A stretch of DNA of 64,000 bases, taken from positions 6,638 to 70,637 of the forward strand of contig CAJPPL010000001.1 in assembly GCA_905372585.1 (NCBI GenBank), in the 5' to 3' direction. Source of the DNA: Streptococcus oralis (GTDB lineage Bacteria; Bacillota; Bacilli; Lactobacillales; Streptococcaceae). The position numbers and the translations under genes are program-made. How positions within the stretch are numbered: the stretch's first letter is position 1; every line of letters starts with the position of its first letter. The notes beneath the pieces were generated by a model that was not told the DNA's origin, did not search any database, and saw only the letters and a list, made by a program, of their open reading frames with translations. This document shows positions 31,646-39,705 of this stretch, piece by piece.

Positions 31646-31671
31646 CCCCTTAGAAATCAATTCCTAAGGGG
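31646..31671. terminator. Hairpin/terminator at the island boundary
   Basis: Stem CCCCTTAG...CTAAGGGG with T-rich flanks on both strands. It lies directly after the stop of the 31678-32439 gene. Confidence 0.55.
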
Positions 31672-31677
31672 TTGTTT

Positions 31678-32439
31678 TTATCCTGCAACTGTTGCTGCTT
31701 CTTCTACTTTTACTTTTTTATCCTTCTTACTAGAACCAGTCAATCGCCGCTTGCTATCTCGGATTGTATTGAGGTCTTTAAGGAGTTGGGTCAGGTGTTC
31801 CTTTTCAGGATAGGCTTCTGCACTAGCTGCGGTATAGCGCATAAAGAGGTCATAGATGCTGGTTAGTTCGGTGCGGACTTGTCTGGTCTTGCCGACTTCC
31901 TTGGCAGACTTATGCGCACGTGCCTGACTTTCCACCTTATCATACTCCTCTTGAGCACTGATCACCGCCGTCAGCATAGGGGTCAATCCTAGACTAGTCA
32001 CTGCTGTCTGGTAGGGTTCCTCACTCAGGGTTTTGAGCAGGCTCTTGATTTCTGCCGTTTCCACATCATTGCTGTGCTTGGTGATATCCTTGTACTTGGC
32101 AAAGACTGGTTTCAAGGTCTCATTGGCTTCTTTGAGTTTGGTTTCCTTGATCTTAGCAAATCCTCGATGAAGGGTAAAGAGACCGACTAGGGCACTGTCA
32201 CGATTGCGATCGACTTCGGTCAGGTTCGTCGCCTCTTTCTTTTCCACTGTAGCTAGTTGGGCTTGGAAGTCTGCTAGTCTACTCTTGAAGGAATCAAGGT
32301 GCTTGCTATACATAGGTTCGTCCTTATGCGCCTTAGCAAAAACTTCTAGTAGTTGACCCGTGTCTACCATGAGACTTTCAAACTCACGGTTGGTAAAGTT
32401 GGTATAGCTTAGTGGACGGATAGTGAATATTTTTGTCAT
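31678..32439 (-). CDS. Hypothetical all-helical 253-aa protein (possibly DUF6261-like)
   Basis: Start chosen at MTKIFTI (ATG 32439, AAAGG RBS). Lys/Glu-rich and predicted helical, with core-like GC content. The family assignment is tentative and from memory. Confidence 0.55.
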   Translation of the reverse strand: MTKIFTIRPLSYTNFTNREFESLMVDTGQLLEVFAKAHKDEPMYSKHLDSFKSRLADFQAQLATVEKKEATNLTEVDRNRDSALVGLFTLHRGFAKIKETKLKEANETLKPVFAKYKDITKHSNDVETAEIKSLLKTLSEEPYQTAVTSLGLTPMLTAVISAQEEYDKVESQARAHKSAKEVGKTRQVRTELTSIYDLFMRYTAASAEAYPEKEHLTQLLKDLNTIRDSKRRLTGSSKKDKKVKVEEAATVAG

Positions 32440-32464
32440 GATGATAACCTTTCTATTTAACGAA

Positions 32465-32680
32465 TCATTTAGTTTTTTCTTTATCAAACCAAGACTGGAT
32501 CAGTTCTGGAAGATAGACCTGTTTTTGATCTGTTTTTACAATGCTTCCTTGTCTAGGAGGTTGAATCAAAGGTCTATCCTTAGATACAAAGACTTGAAAC
32601 AAAACACAGAACAACAATATGAGTCCCCATAAAAGAAGTGTCGATAGGAAACTCTCCTCATTTTCTTTATCTTTCTTCAT
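32465..32680 (-). CDS. Small (71-aa) single-pass membrane protein
   Basis: ATG at 32680 preceded by a perfect AAAGGAG RBS. One hydrophobic helix (LSTLLLWGLILLFCVLFQVFV). Lies 25 nt upstream of the next gene. Confidence 0.5.
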   Translation of the reverse strand: MKKDKENEESFLSTLLLWGLILLFCVLFQVFVSKDRPLIQPPRQGSIVKTDQKQVYLPELIQSWFDKEKTK

Positions 32681-32904
32681 CAGATTTTCTCCTTTAAGTT
32701 GATAAGACAATTCTAACAAATAGCAAAGAACTTAGAACACTCATCCGCTCAACTGTCTACTTTATCATCCCAACAGCACTTTTTTTGGCTATTTTTTTAC
32801 TTTTATAGAATAAATCCATCATTTCAGAAATAGAAAATCCCTATCTGACTGGAAACATATCCGTCTGTCAGATAGAGACTCTCACTATTTTTAGATTTTA
32901 ACTT

Positions 32905-33100
32905 TTCTAGCTTTAGAATACATCTAAACTTTAGGAAAGACGACTATTCGAAAGCTCGAAGACCATAAAACTTTCTCAGATAGATCATTCGAAACTTAGA
33001 ATACCCATAAATTTATGTATTTCTTATCATTCTAAGTTTAGAATACATATAACCTTTAGGTAGTCAGCTGATCCGATACTTAGAATAAGGTCTAAAATAT
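32905..33100. repeat. Cluster of TTAGAATA-containing direct and inverted repeats in a 450-bp non-coding gap
   Basis: 24-bp repeat TTTAGAATACAT(C/A)TAA(A/C)CTTTAGG at 32912-32935 and 33037-33060 (22/24 identical). Shorter CTTAGAATA copies at 32995 and 33079. A 7-2-7 palindrome ATTCTAA-GT-TTAGAAT at 33029-33044. Confidence 0.7.
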
Positions 33101-33170
33101 CTCGAACTCAGATTAGTTTTTATTATCAAAATATGGTATAGTAGAATCATACTATCTATGAGGAGTTTAC

Positions 33171-33788
33171 ATGTCACAGGATAAGCAAATGAAAGCTGTT
33201 TCTCCCCTTCTACAGCAAGTCATCAATATTTCATCTATCGTTGGGGGAGTCGGCACCTTGATTTTCTGTATTTGGGCCTATCAGGCGGGTGTTTTACAAT
33301 CCAAGGAAACCCTATCGGCCTTTATCCAGCAAGCTGGGGTTTGGGGACCACCACTCTTTATCTTTTTACAGATCCTACAAACCGTTGTTCCAATCATTCC
33401 GGGAGCTTTGACCTCAGTGGCTGGGGTCTTTATTTACGGCCACATCATCGGAACCATCTATAACTATATCGGCATCGTGATTGGCTGTGCTATTATCTTT
33501 TACCTCGTCCGTCTCTATGGAGCTGCCTTTGTCCAGTCCGTCGTCAGCAAGCGTACCTATGACAAATACATCGGTTGGCTAGATAAGGGCAATCGTTTCG
33601 AGCGGTTCTTTATCTTTATGATGATCTGGCCTGTCAGTCCAGCTGACTTTCTCTGCATGCTGGCTGCCCTCACCAAGATGACCTTCAAACGCTATATGAT
33701 TATCATCATTCTGACCAAGCCCTTTACCCTAGTGGTTTATACTTATGGTTTGACTTATATTATTGATTTCTTCTGGCAGATGTTTTGA
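33171..33788 (+). CDS. TVP38/TMEM64 (DedA-related) family membrane protein
   Basis: 205 aa and polytopic. Extended -10 TGGTATAGT at 33134-33142 and a GAGGAG RBS. Confidence 0.75.
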   Translation: MSQDKQMKAVSPLLQQVINISSIVGGVGTLIFCIWAYQAGVLQSKETLSAFIQQAGVWGPPLFIFLQILQTVVPIIPGALTSVAGVFIYGHIIGTIYNYIGIVIGCAIIFYLVRLYGAAFVQSVVSKRTYDKYIGWLDKGNRFERFFIFMMIWPVSPADFLCMLAALTKMTFKRYMIIIILTKPFTLVVYTYGLTYIIDFFWQMF

Positions 33789-33834
33789 GAATAGAAAAAT
33801 CCGTTTGGTTGCCCAAGCGGATATTTTCTTTGTT

Positions 33835-34722
33835 TTATTTTGCGACACTCTTAGCAAGGACAAAGTTCCCAAGTGTGGCAGAACCATTTCCAGCAACTGC
33901 TGGAGTCACGATATAGTCACGCACATCTGGTACTGGTAGGTAGCCGTTGAGGAGAGCTGTGAATTTCTCACGCACACGGTCCAGCATGTGTTGTTGGGCC
34001 ATAACCCCACCACCAAAGACGATGACGTCTGGACGGAACGTCACGGTGGCATTGACCGCAGCTTGAGCGATATAGTAGGCTTGAACGTCCCAGACAGAAC
34101 TATTGAGTTCGATGTTTTCACCACGAATACCTGTACGGGCTTCGAGGCTTGGACCAGCCGCAAAGCCTTCCAAACAGCCCTTGTGGAAAGGACAAACTCC
34201 GTTAAATTCTTTCTCCTCGTCCATTGGGTGTTTAGCCACATAGTAATGACCCATCTCAGGGTGACCCACACCACCGATAAACTCACCACGTTGGATAACA
34301 CCTGCACCGATCCCTGTACCGATCGTGTAGTAAACCAAGTTTTCGATACGGCCACCAGCATTGTTACGAGCAACCACTTCACCATAGGCAGAGCTGTTCA
34401 CGTCAGTGGTGAAATACATGGGTACGTTGAGGGCACGACGAAGGGCACCAAGTAGGTCTACATTTGCCCAGTGAGGTTTTGGAGTCGTTGTGATAAAACC
34501 ATAGGTTTTTGAGTTTTTATCGATATCAATAGGACCAAAGGAACCGATGGCAAGGCCTGCAAGATTATCGAATTTTGAAAAGAATTCGATGGTTTTATCG
34601 ATCGTTTCGATAGGAGTTGTTGTAGGAAACTGTGTTTTTTCTACAATGTTAAAATTTTCATCTCCGACAGCACAGACAAACTTTGTACCGCCCGCTTCTA
34701 AGCTTCCATATAATTTTGTCAT
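33835..34722 (-). CDS. scrK: Fructokinase (ROK family)
   Basis: Start at MTKLYGSLEAGGTKF (ATG 34722, AAGAGG RBS). ROK glycine-rich and Cys/His zinc motifs (GVCPFHKGCLE). Confidence 0.9.
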   Translation of the reverse strand: MTKLYGSLEAGGTKFVCAVGDENFNIVEKTQFPTTTPIETIDKTIEFFSKFDNLAGLAIGSFGPIDIDKNSKTYGFITTTPKPHWANVDLLGALRRALNVPMYFTTDVNSSAYGEVVARNNAGGRIENLVYYTIGTGIGAGVIQRGEFIGGVGHPEMGHYYVAKHPMDEEKEFNGVCPFHKGCLEGFAAGPSLEARTGIRGENIELNSSVWDVQAYYIAQAAVNATVTFRPDVIVFGGGVMAQQHMLDRVREKFTALLNGYLPVPDVRDYIVTPAVAGNGSATLGNFVLAKSVAK

Positions 34723-34880
34723 GATAAACCTCTTATCTTTGTTTTCTCTATTATAGCACATTTTAAAGGGCTAGATTTCTCAATATTTTAGATTTTCCTC
34801 TGTAAATCTTACCATCCAAGTAAAAACGAACAAACATAATATTTGTTCGTTTTGTTTTTAAATTTGATTTTCGAAGAGGA

Positions 34881-36776
34881 CTAGGCTTTCACTTCGATGA
34901 TAGCGTCACCCTTGACAACTGAACCGCTTGCGACTGGTGTCACAGAAGCGTAGTCTGCTGTGTTGGTTACGATAACCATTGTTGTGTTATCAAGACCTGC
35001 AGCAGCAATCTTAGCTGAGTCAAATGTTCCAAGAACATCTCCAGCTTTAACCTTGTCACCTTGGGCAACTTTATGGTTGAAGCCTTCACCGTTCATTGAA
35101 ACAGTGTCGATACCAACGTGAATTAAGATTTCAGCACCGTTAGCTGTTCTCAATCCATAAGCATGGCCAGTTGGGAAGACGATTGTTACTTCAGCATCAG
35201 CTGGTGCATAAACAACATCTTGGCTAGGTTTCACGGCGATACCTTGTCCCATAGCTCCACTTGAGAATACTGGGTCATTCACATTTGAAAGAGCAACAAC
35301 GTCACCAACGATTGGTGTTTGGATAACACCTTCGCTAGGTGAAACCACAGTACCAGTTACTGCTTCTTCTGTTAAACGGTCAGTTTCAGCTTCAGAAATT
35401 GCTCCTGAAACTTCTTCTACTTCATCTTCGTAACCAAACATGTAAGTAAGAGCAAAACCAAGTACAAATGATACAGCTACCATAAGAAGGTATTGTAGAA
35501 GTTGTCCGTTACCAATGTAAAGCATTGTACCAGGGATGACTGTGATACCATTACCAGTACCAGCAAGTCCAAGGATAGATGCCAATCCACCACCGATTGC
35601 ACCAGCAATCAATGAAAGGAAGAATGGTTTACGGAAACGCAAGTTAACCCCGAAGATAGCAGGCTCAGTAATACCTAGGAAGGCAGAAAGAGCAGCTGGG
35701 AAAGCAAGTGTTTTAAGTTTAGGATTTTTAGTTTTCACACCAACGGCTACTGTCGCAGCACCTTGAGCAGTCATGGCAGCTGTGATGATAGCGTTGAATG
35801 GGTTAGCATGGTCAGCAGCAAGCAATTGAACTTCAAGCAAGTTGAAGATGTGATGAACACCTGATACGACGATTAATTGGTGAACTCCACCAATCAAGAA
35901 ACCACCAAGTCCGAATGGCAAGTTAAGAATAGCTTTTGTTCCAATGAGGATGTAACTTTCAACAACGTGGAAGACTGGTCCGATAACAAACAATCCAAGG
36001 ATTGACATTACAAGGAGTGTTACGAACGGTGTTACCAAGAGGTCAAGTACATCTGGAACAACTTTACGAACAGCTTTTTCAAATTTAGCTCCGACAACCC
36101 CGATGATGAAGGCTGGAAGAACTGAACCTTGCAAACCTACAACTGGGATAAATCCGAAGAACTGCATTGCAGTTACTTCACCACCAGAAGCAACAGCCCA
36201 GGCATTTGGAAGTGAGTCAGATACGAGCATCATACCAAGGACGATACCAACGGCTGGGTTACCACCGAATACACGGAAGGTTGACCAAACAACCAATCCT
36301 GGCAAGATAATAAAGGCTGTATCAGTCAAGATTTGAGTGTAAGTTGTCACATCTTCTGGAAGTGTCATCCCAAGAGCAGTCAAGAGACCACGAACACCCA
36401 TGAAGAGACCAGTTGCTACGATAACTGGGATGATTGGCACGAAGACGTCACCGAAAGTACGGATAGCACGTTGGAACCAGTTTCCTTGTTTAGCAGCTTC
36501 TGCTTTCATGTCTTCTTTAGAAGAGGTTGGCAAACCAAGTGCAACGACTTCATCGTACATCTTGTTTACTGTACCAGTACCAAAGATGATTTGGTATTGG
36601 CCTGAGTTAAAGAAAGCTCCTTGAACTTTATCCAAGTTCTCAATCACTTCCTTATTGATTTTCCCTTCATCTTTGACCATGACACGTAGACGAGTCGCAC
36701 AGTGGGCTACACTGTTGACATTTTCACGTCCACCAAGGGCTTCGATGACCTTTTTTGCAATATCCTGATTGTTCAT
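34881..36776 (-). CDS. scrA: Sucrose-specific PTS EIIBCA
   Basis: EIIB Cys motif HCATRLRV, a large EIIC membrane domain, and a C-terminal EIIA His motif ILIHVGIDTV. ATG at 36776 preferred over the TTG at 36782. Confidence 0.9.
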   Translation of the reverse strand: MNNQDIAKKVIEALGGRENVNSVAHCATRLRVMVKDEGKINKEVIENLDKVQGAFFNSGQYQIIFGTGTVNKMYDEVVALGLPTSSKEDMKAEAAKQGNWFQRAIRTFGDVFVPIIPVIVATGLFMGVRGLLTALGMTLPEDVTTYTQILTDTAFIILPGLVVWSTFRVFGGNPAVGIVLGMMLVSDSLPNAWAVASGGEVTAMQFFGFIPVVGLQGSVLPAFIIGVVGAKFEKAVRKVVPDVLDLLVTPFVTLLVMSILGLFVIGPVFHVVESYILIGTKAILNLPFGLGGFLIGGVHQLIVVSGVHHIFNLLEVQLLAADHANPFNAIITAAMTAQGAATVAVGVKTKNPKLKTLAFPAALSAFLGITEPAIFGVNLRFRKPFFLSLIAGAIGGGLASILGLAGTGNGITVIPGTMLYIGNGQLLQYLLMVAVSFVLGFALTYMFGYEDEVEEVSGAISEAETDRLTEEAVTGTVVSPSEGVIQTPIVGDVVALSNVNDPVFSSGAMGQGIAVKPSQDVVYAPADAEVTIVFPTGHAYGLRTANGAEILIHVGIDTVSMNGEGFNHKVAQGDKVKAGDVLGTFDSAKIAAAGLDNTTMVIVTNTADYASVTPVASGSVVKGDAIIEVKA

Positions 36777-36864
36777 TTGCAAAAATCTCCTTATAAAATT
36801 TTGTTCTTGTTTGAAAGCGATTTTATTCGCCCTACGACTATTATTTTATCACGTTTCTAAAATA

Positions 36865-36880
36865 TGTCAAGCGTTTTGCA
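36865..36880. promoter_or_regulatory. LacI-type (ScrR) operator candidate near the scrA promoter
   Basis: TGTCAAGCGTTTTGCA is a pseudo-palindrome of the TGNAANCGNTTNCA class. Confidence 0.45.
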
Positions 36881-37047
36881 GAATTTTTTATTCTTCTCCT
36901 CTTCTTTATATTCCTTTATGATAGTTTTTGACTGAGTTCTCCTATTTACTCATAAAAATATCTTGTTATTAGAGGGTTCAAAGCTTTTATTTTTCATTTT
37001 CTTTCATTTTTTCGTGAAAGTTAGCTGAATCCTCTTCTTTTATTTTA

Positions 37048-37063
37048 TGATAATCGTTTGACA
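37048..37063. promoter_or_regulatory. LacI-type (ScrR) operator candidate near the scrB promoter
   Basis: TGATAATCGTTTGACA. Its reverse complement TGTCAAACGATTATCA closely resembles the site at 36865. Confidence 0.45.
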
Positions 37064-37152
37064 TTTTTTGCTATTTTTTAACATAAAAGACTTGCTTTTT
37101 TGGTCGAAAACGGTTACTATTAAGATAGCAGAACTTATGGAGGAAAGATAAA

Positions 37153-38607
37153 ATGGAATGGACAACCGAGCGCCGTTACAGACGCTATGAAGACTGGTCT
37201 AATGATGAAATCAAGCAAATCAAGGAAAAGATGGCACAATCTCCTTGGCATACTCGTTACCATGTTGAGCCTAAAATGGGGCTTCTCAATGATCCAAATG
37301 GCTTTTCTTATTTTGATGGCAAATGGATTCTCTTTTACCAAAACTTCCCCTTTGGTGCAGCCCATGGGTTGAAGTCTTGGGTGCAGCTTGAAAGTGATGA
37401 TTTAGTGCACTTTACAGAAACTGGAGTCAAAGTTTTGCCAGATACTCCATTAGATAGCCACGGTGCCTACTCTGGTTCTGCCATGCAGTTCGGCGATCAG
37501 TTGTTCCTATTTTATACTGGAAATGTCCGAGATGATAATTGGATCCGTCACCCTTACCAGATTGGTGCTTTGATGGATAAGGATGGCAAGATTACAAAGA
37601 TTGACAAGATCTTGATTGACCAGCCAGCAGACTCTACTGACCACTTCCGCGATCCGCAAATTTTTAACTTTAAGGGGCAATATTATGCCATCGTCGGTGG
37701 ACAGGACTTGGAGAAAAAAGGCTTCGTCCGTCTCTATAAGGCTATAGATAATGACTACACCAACTGGCAAGCGATTGGTGACCTTGACTTTGCTAACGAC
37801 CGCACTGCCTACATGATGGAATGTCCAAATCTAGTCTTTGTAGGGGAGCAACCTGTCCTTCTCTACTGTCCACAAGGATTGGATAAGAGTGTTCTAGACT
37901 ATGATAATATCTATCCAAACATGTACAAAGTCGGGGCTTCCTTTGCCCCTGAAAATGCCAAAATGGTAGATGTGTCTCCATTGCAAAATCTAGACTATGG
38001 TTTTGAAGCCTATGCAACTCAAGCATTTAACGCTCCAGATGGACGTGCACTAGCAGTAAGTTGGCTTGGGTTACCAGATGTTTCTTACCCATCTGACCGT
38101 TTTGACCACCAAGGAACCTTCTCATTGATCAAAGAACTCACTATCAAAGATGGCAAACTCTACCAATACCCTGTCGCAGCCGTCAAAGAACTTCGTTCTT
38201 CTGAAGAGGTCTTCTCAAATCGTACCCAAACCAATAACACCTATGAACTCGAGCTCAACTTGGAGGCCAATAGCCAAAGCGAGATTGTCTTACTTGCTGA
38301 TAAAGAAGGCAAGGGGCTTTCCATCAACTTTGACCTTGTCAATGGACAGGTGACAGTGGATCGTAGTCAGGCTGGTGAACAGTATGCTCAAGAATTTGGT
38401 ATGACTCGTTCTTGCCCTATCGATAACCAAGCTACTACTGCCACTATCTTCATCGACAAGTCAGTCTTTGAAATTTTCATCAATAAAGGAGAAAAAGTAT
38501 TTTCTGGTCGTGTCTTCCCACATGCGGACCAAAATGGTATCCTGATCAAGTCTGGAAACCCAACTGGAACTTACTATGAATTAGATTATGGTCGCAAAAC
38601 TAACTGA
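37153..38607 (+). CDS. scrB: Sucrose-6-phosphate hydrolase (GH32)
   Basis: GH32 motifs NDPNG, FRDP and MECPN. Confidence 0.9.
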   Translation: MEWTTERRYRRYEDWSNDEIKQIKEKMAQSPWHTRYHVEPKMGLLNDPNGFSYFDGKWILFYQNFPFGAAHGLKSWVQLESDDLVHFTETGVKVLPDTPLDSHGAYSGSAMQFGDQLFLFYTGNVRDDNWIRHPYQIGALMDKDGKITKIDKILIDQPADSTDHFRDPQIFNFKGQYYAIVGGQDLEKKGFVRLYKAIDNDYTNWQAIGDLDFANDRTAYMMECPNLVFVGEQPVLLYCPQGLDKSVLDYDNIYPNMYKVGASFAPENAKMVDVSPLQNLDYGFEAYATQAFNAPDGRALAVSWLGLPDVSYPSDRFDHQGTFSLIKELTIKDGKLYQYPVAAVKELRSSEEVFSNRTQTNNTYELELNLEANSQSEIVLLADKEGKGLSINFDLVNGQVTVDRSQAGEQYAQEFGMTRSCPIDNQATTATIFIDKSVFEIFINKGEKVFSGRVFPHADQNGILIKSGNPTGTYYELDYGRKTN

Positions 38608-39553
38608 TGTCGCAAAACTAGCAGGCGTCAGCCCCACTACCGTCTCACGGGTCATCAATAAAAAGGGTTATCTATCTGAGAAAACCATTCAAAAGGTTAA
38701 TGAAGCCATGCGAGAATTGGGCTATAAACCCAACAATCTGGCTCGAAGCCTCCAAGGAAAATCTGCCAAGTTGATTGGACTTATTTTTCCTAACATCAGT
38801 CACGTCTTTTATGCTGAGTTGATTGACAAGTTGGAACACCAACTATTCAAGAATGGCTACAAGACCATCATCTGTAACAGCGAACACGACTCTGAAAAAG
38901 AACGGGAGTACATTGAAATGCTGGAGGCCAATCAGGTAGACGGTATCATTTCTGGAAGTCACAACTTGGGAATCGAAGACTACAATCGCGTGACAGCACC
39001 GATCATTTCCTTTGACCGAAACTTGTCTCCAGACATCCCTGTCGTCTCCTCTGATAACTACGGTGGCGGGGTCCTCGCAGCCCAAACCTTGGTCAAGACA
39101 GGCGCTCGGTCTATCATCATGATTACAGGAAATGACAATTCCAACTCACCGACTGGACTGCGCCATGCTGGATTTGCCTCTGTACTCCCAAAAGCGCCTA
39201 TTATCAATGTTTCGAGTGACTTTTCTCCCGTCCGAAAAGAAATGGAAATCAAGAATATCTTGACCCATCAGAAACCAGATGCGATTTTTGCTTCGGATGA
39301 TTTGACAGCTATTCTAGTGATCAAAATCGCTCAAGAGCTGGGAATTTCTGTTCCTGATGAGCTCAAGGTCATCGGCTATGATGGAACTTACTTTATCGAG
39401 AACTACTATCCTCACCTGACAACGATTAAGCAACCTATGAAAGAGATTGCCCAACTCACTGTCGATCTCCTCTTGCAGAAGATTGAAGGCAAGGAAGTAG
39501 CGACAACTGGTTACTTCTTACCCGTCACCCTATTACCAGGAAAAAGTATTTAA
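38588..39553 (+). CDS. scrR: LacI-family sucrose operon repressor
   Basis: N-terminal HTH KLTDVAKLAGVSPTTVSRVIN plus a periplasmic-binding-like sugar domain. Overlaps the scrB 3' end. Confidence 0.85.
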   Translation: MVAKLTDVAKLAGVSPTTVSRVINKKGYLSEKTIQKVNEAMRELGYKPNNLARSLQGKSAKLIGLIFPNISHVFYAELIDKLEHQLFKNGYKTIICNSEHDSEKEREYIEMLEANQVDGIISGSHNLGIEDYNRVTAPIISFDRNLSPDIPVVSSDNYGGGVLAAQTLVKTGARSIIMITGNDNSNSPTGLRHAGFASVLPKAPIINVSSDFSPVRKEMEIKNILTHQKPDAIFASDDLTAILVIKIAQELGISVPDELKVIGYDGTYFIENYYPHLTTIKQPMKEIAQLTVDLLLQKIEGKEVATTGYFLPVTLLPGKSI

Positions 39554-39666
39554 TACTCTTCGAAAATCTCTTTAAACCATGTCAGCTTCCATCTGCAACC
39601 TCAAAACAGTGTTTTGAGCAGCCTGCGGCTAGTTTCCTAGTTTGCTTTTGGATTTTCATTGAGTAT
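39554..39666 (-). repeat. BOX element (boxA-boxC, no boxB), minus orientation
   Basis: The reverse complement begins ATACTCAATGAAAATCCAAAAGCAAACTAGGAAACTAGCCGCAGGCTGCTCAAAACACTG (boxA-like). It ends TTTTGAGGTTGCAGATGGAAGCTGACATGGTTTAAAGAGATTTTCGAAGAGTA (boxC-like), as I recall the pneumococcal BOX consensus. Confidence 0.75.
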
Positions 39667-39674
39667 AAACACAA

Positions 39675-39705
39675 GAAAACTCAGACGAATTCGTCTGAGT
39701 TTTTT
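39675..39705. terminator. Bidirectional terminator between scrR and mvaA
   Basis: Near-perfect palindrome AAAACTCAGACGA-A-TCGTCTGAGTTTT. Confidence 0.7.

Noticed and set aside
31672-31866. 64-aa plus-strand ORF overlapping the 3' end of the 253-aa gene
   Set aside because: It is antisense to a better-supported ORF and starts within the terminator hairpin.
37135-37365. 76-aa minus-strand ORF overlapping the scrB start
   Set aside because: It is a shadow ORF. The GH32 motifs clearly define scrB on the plus strand.
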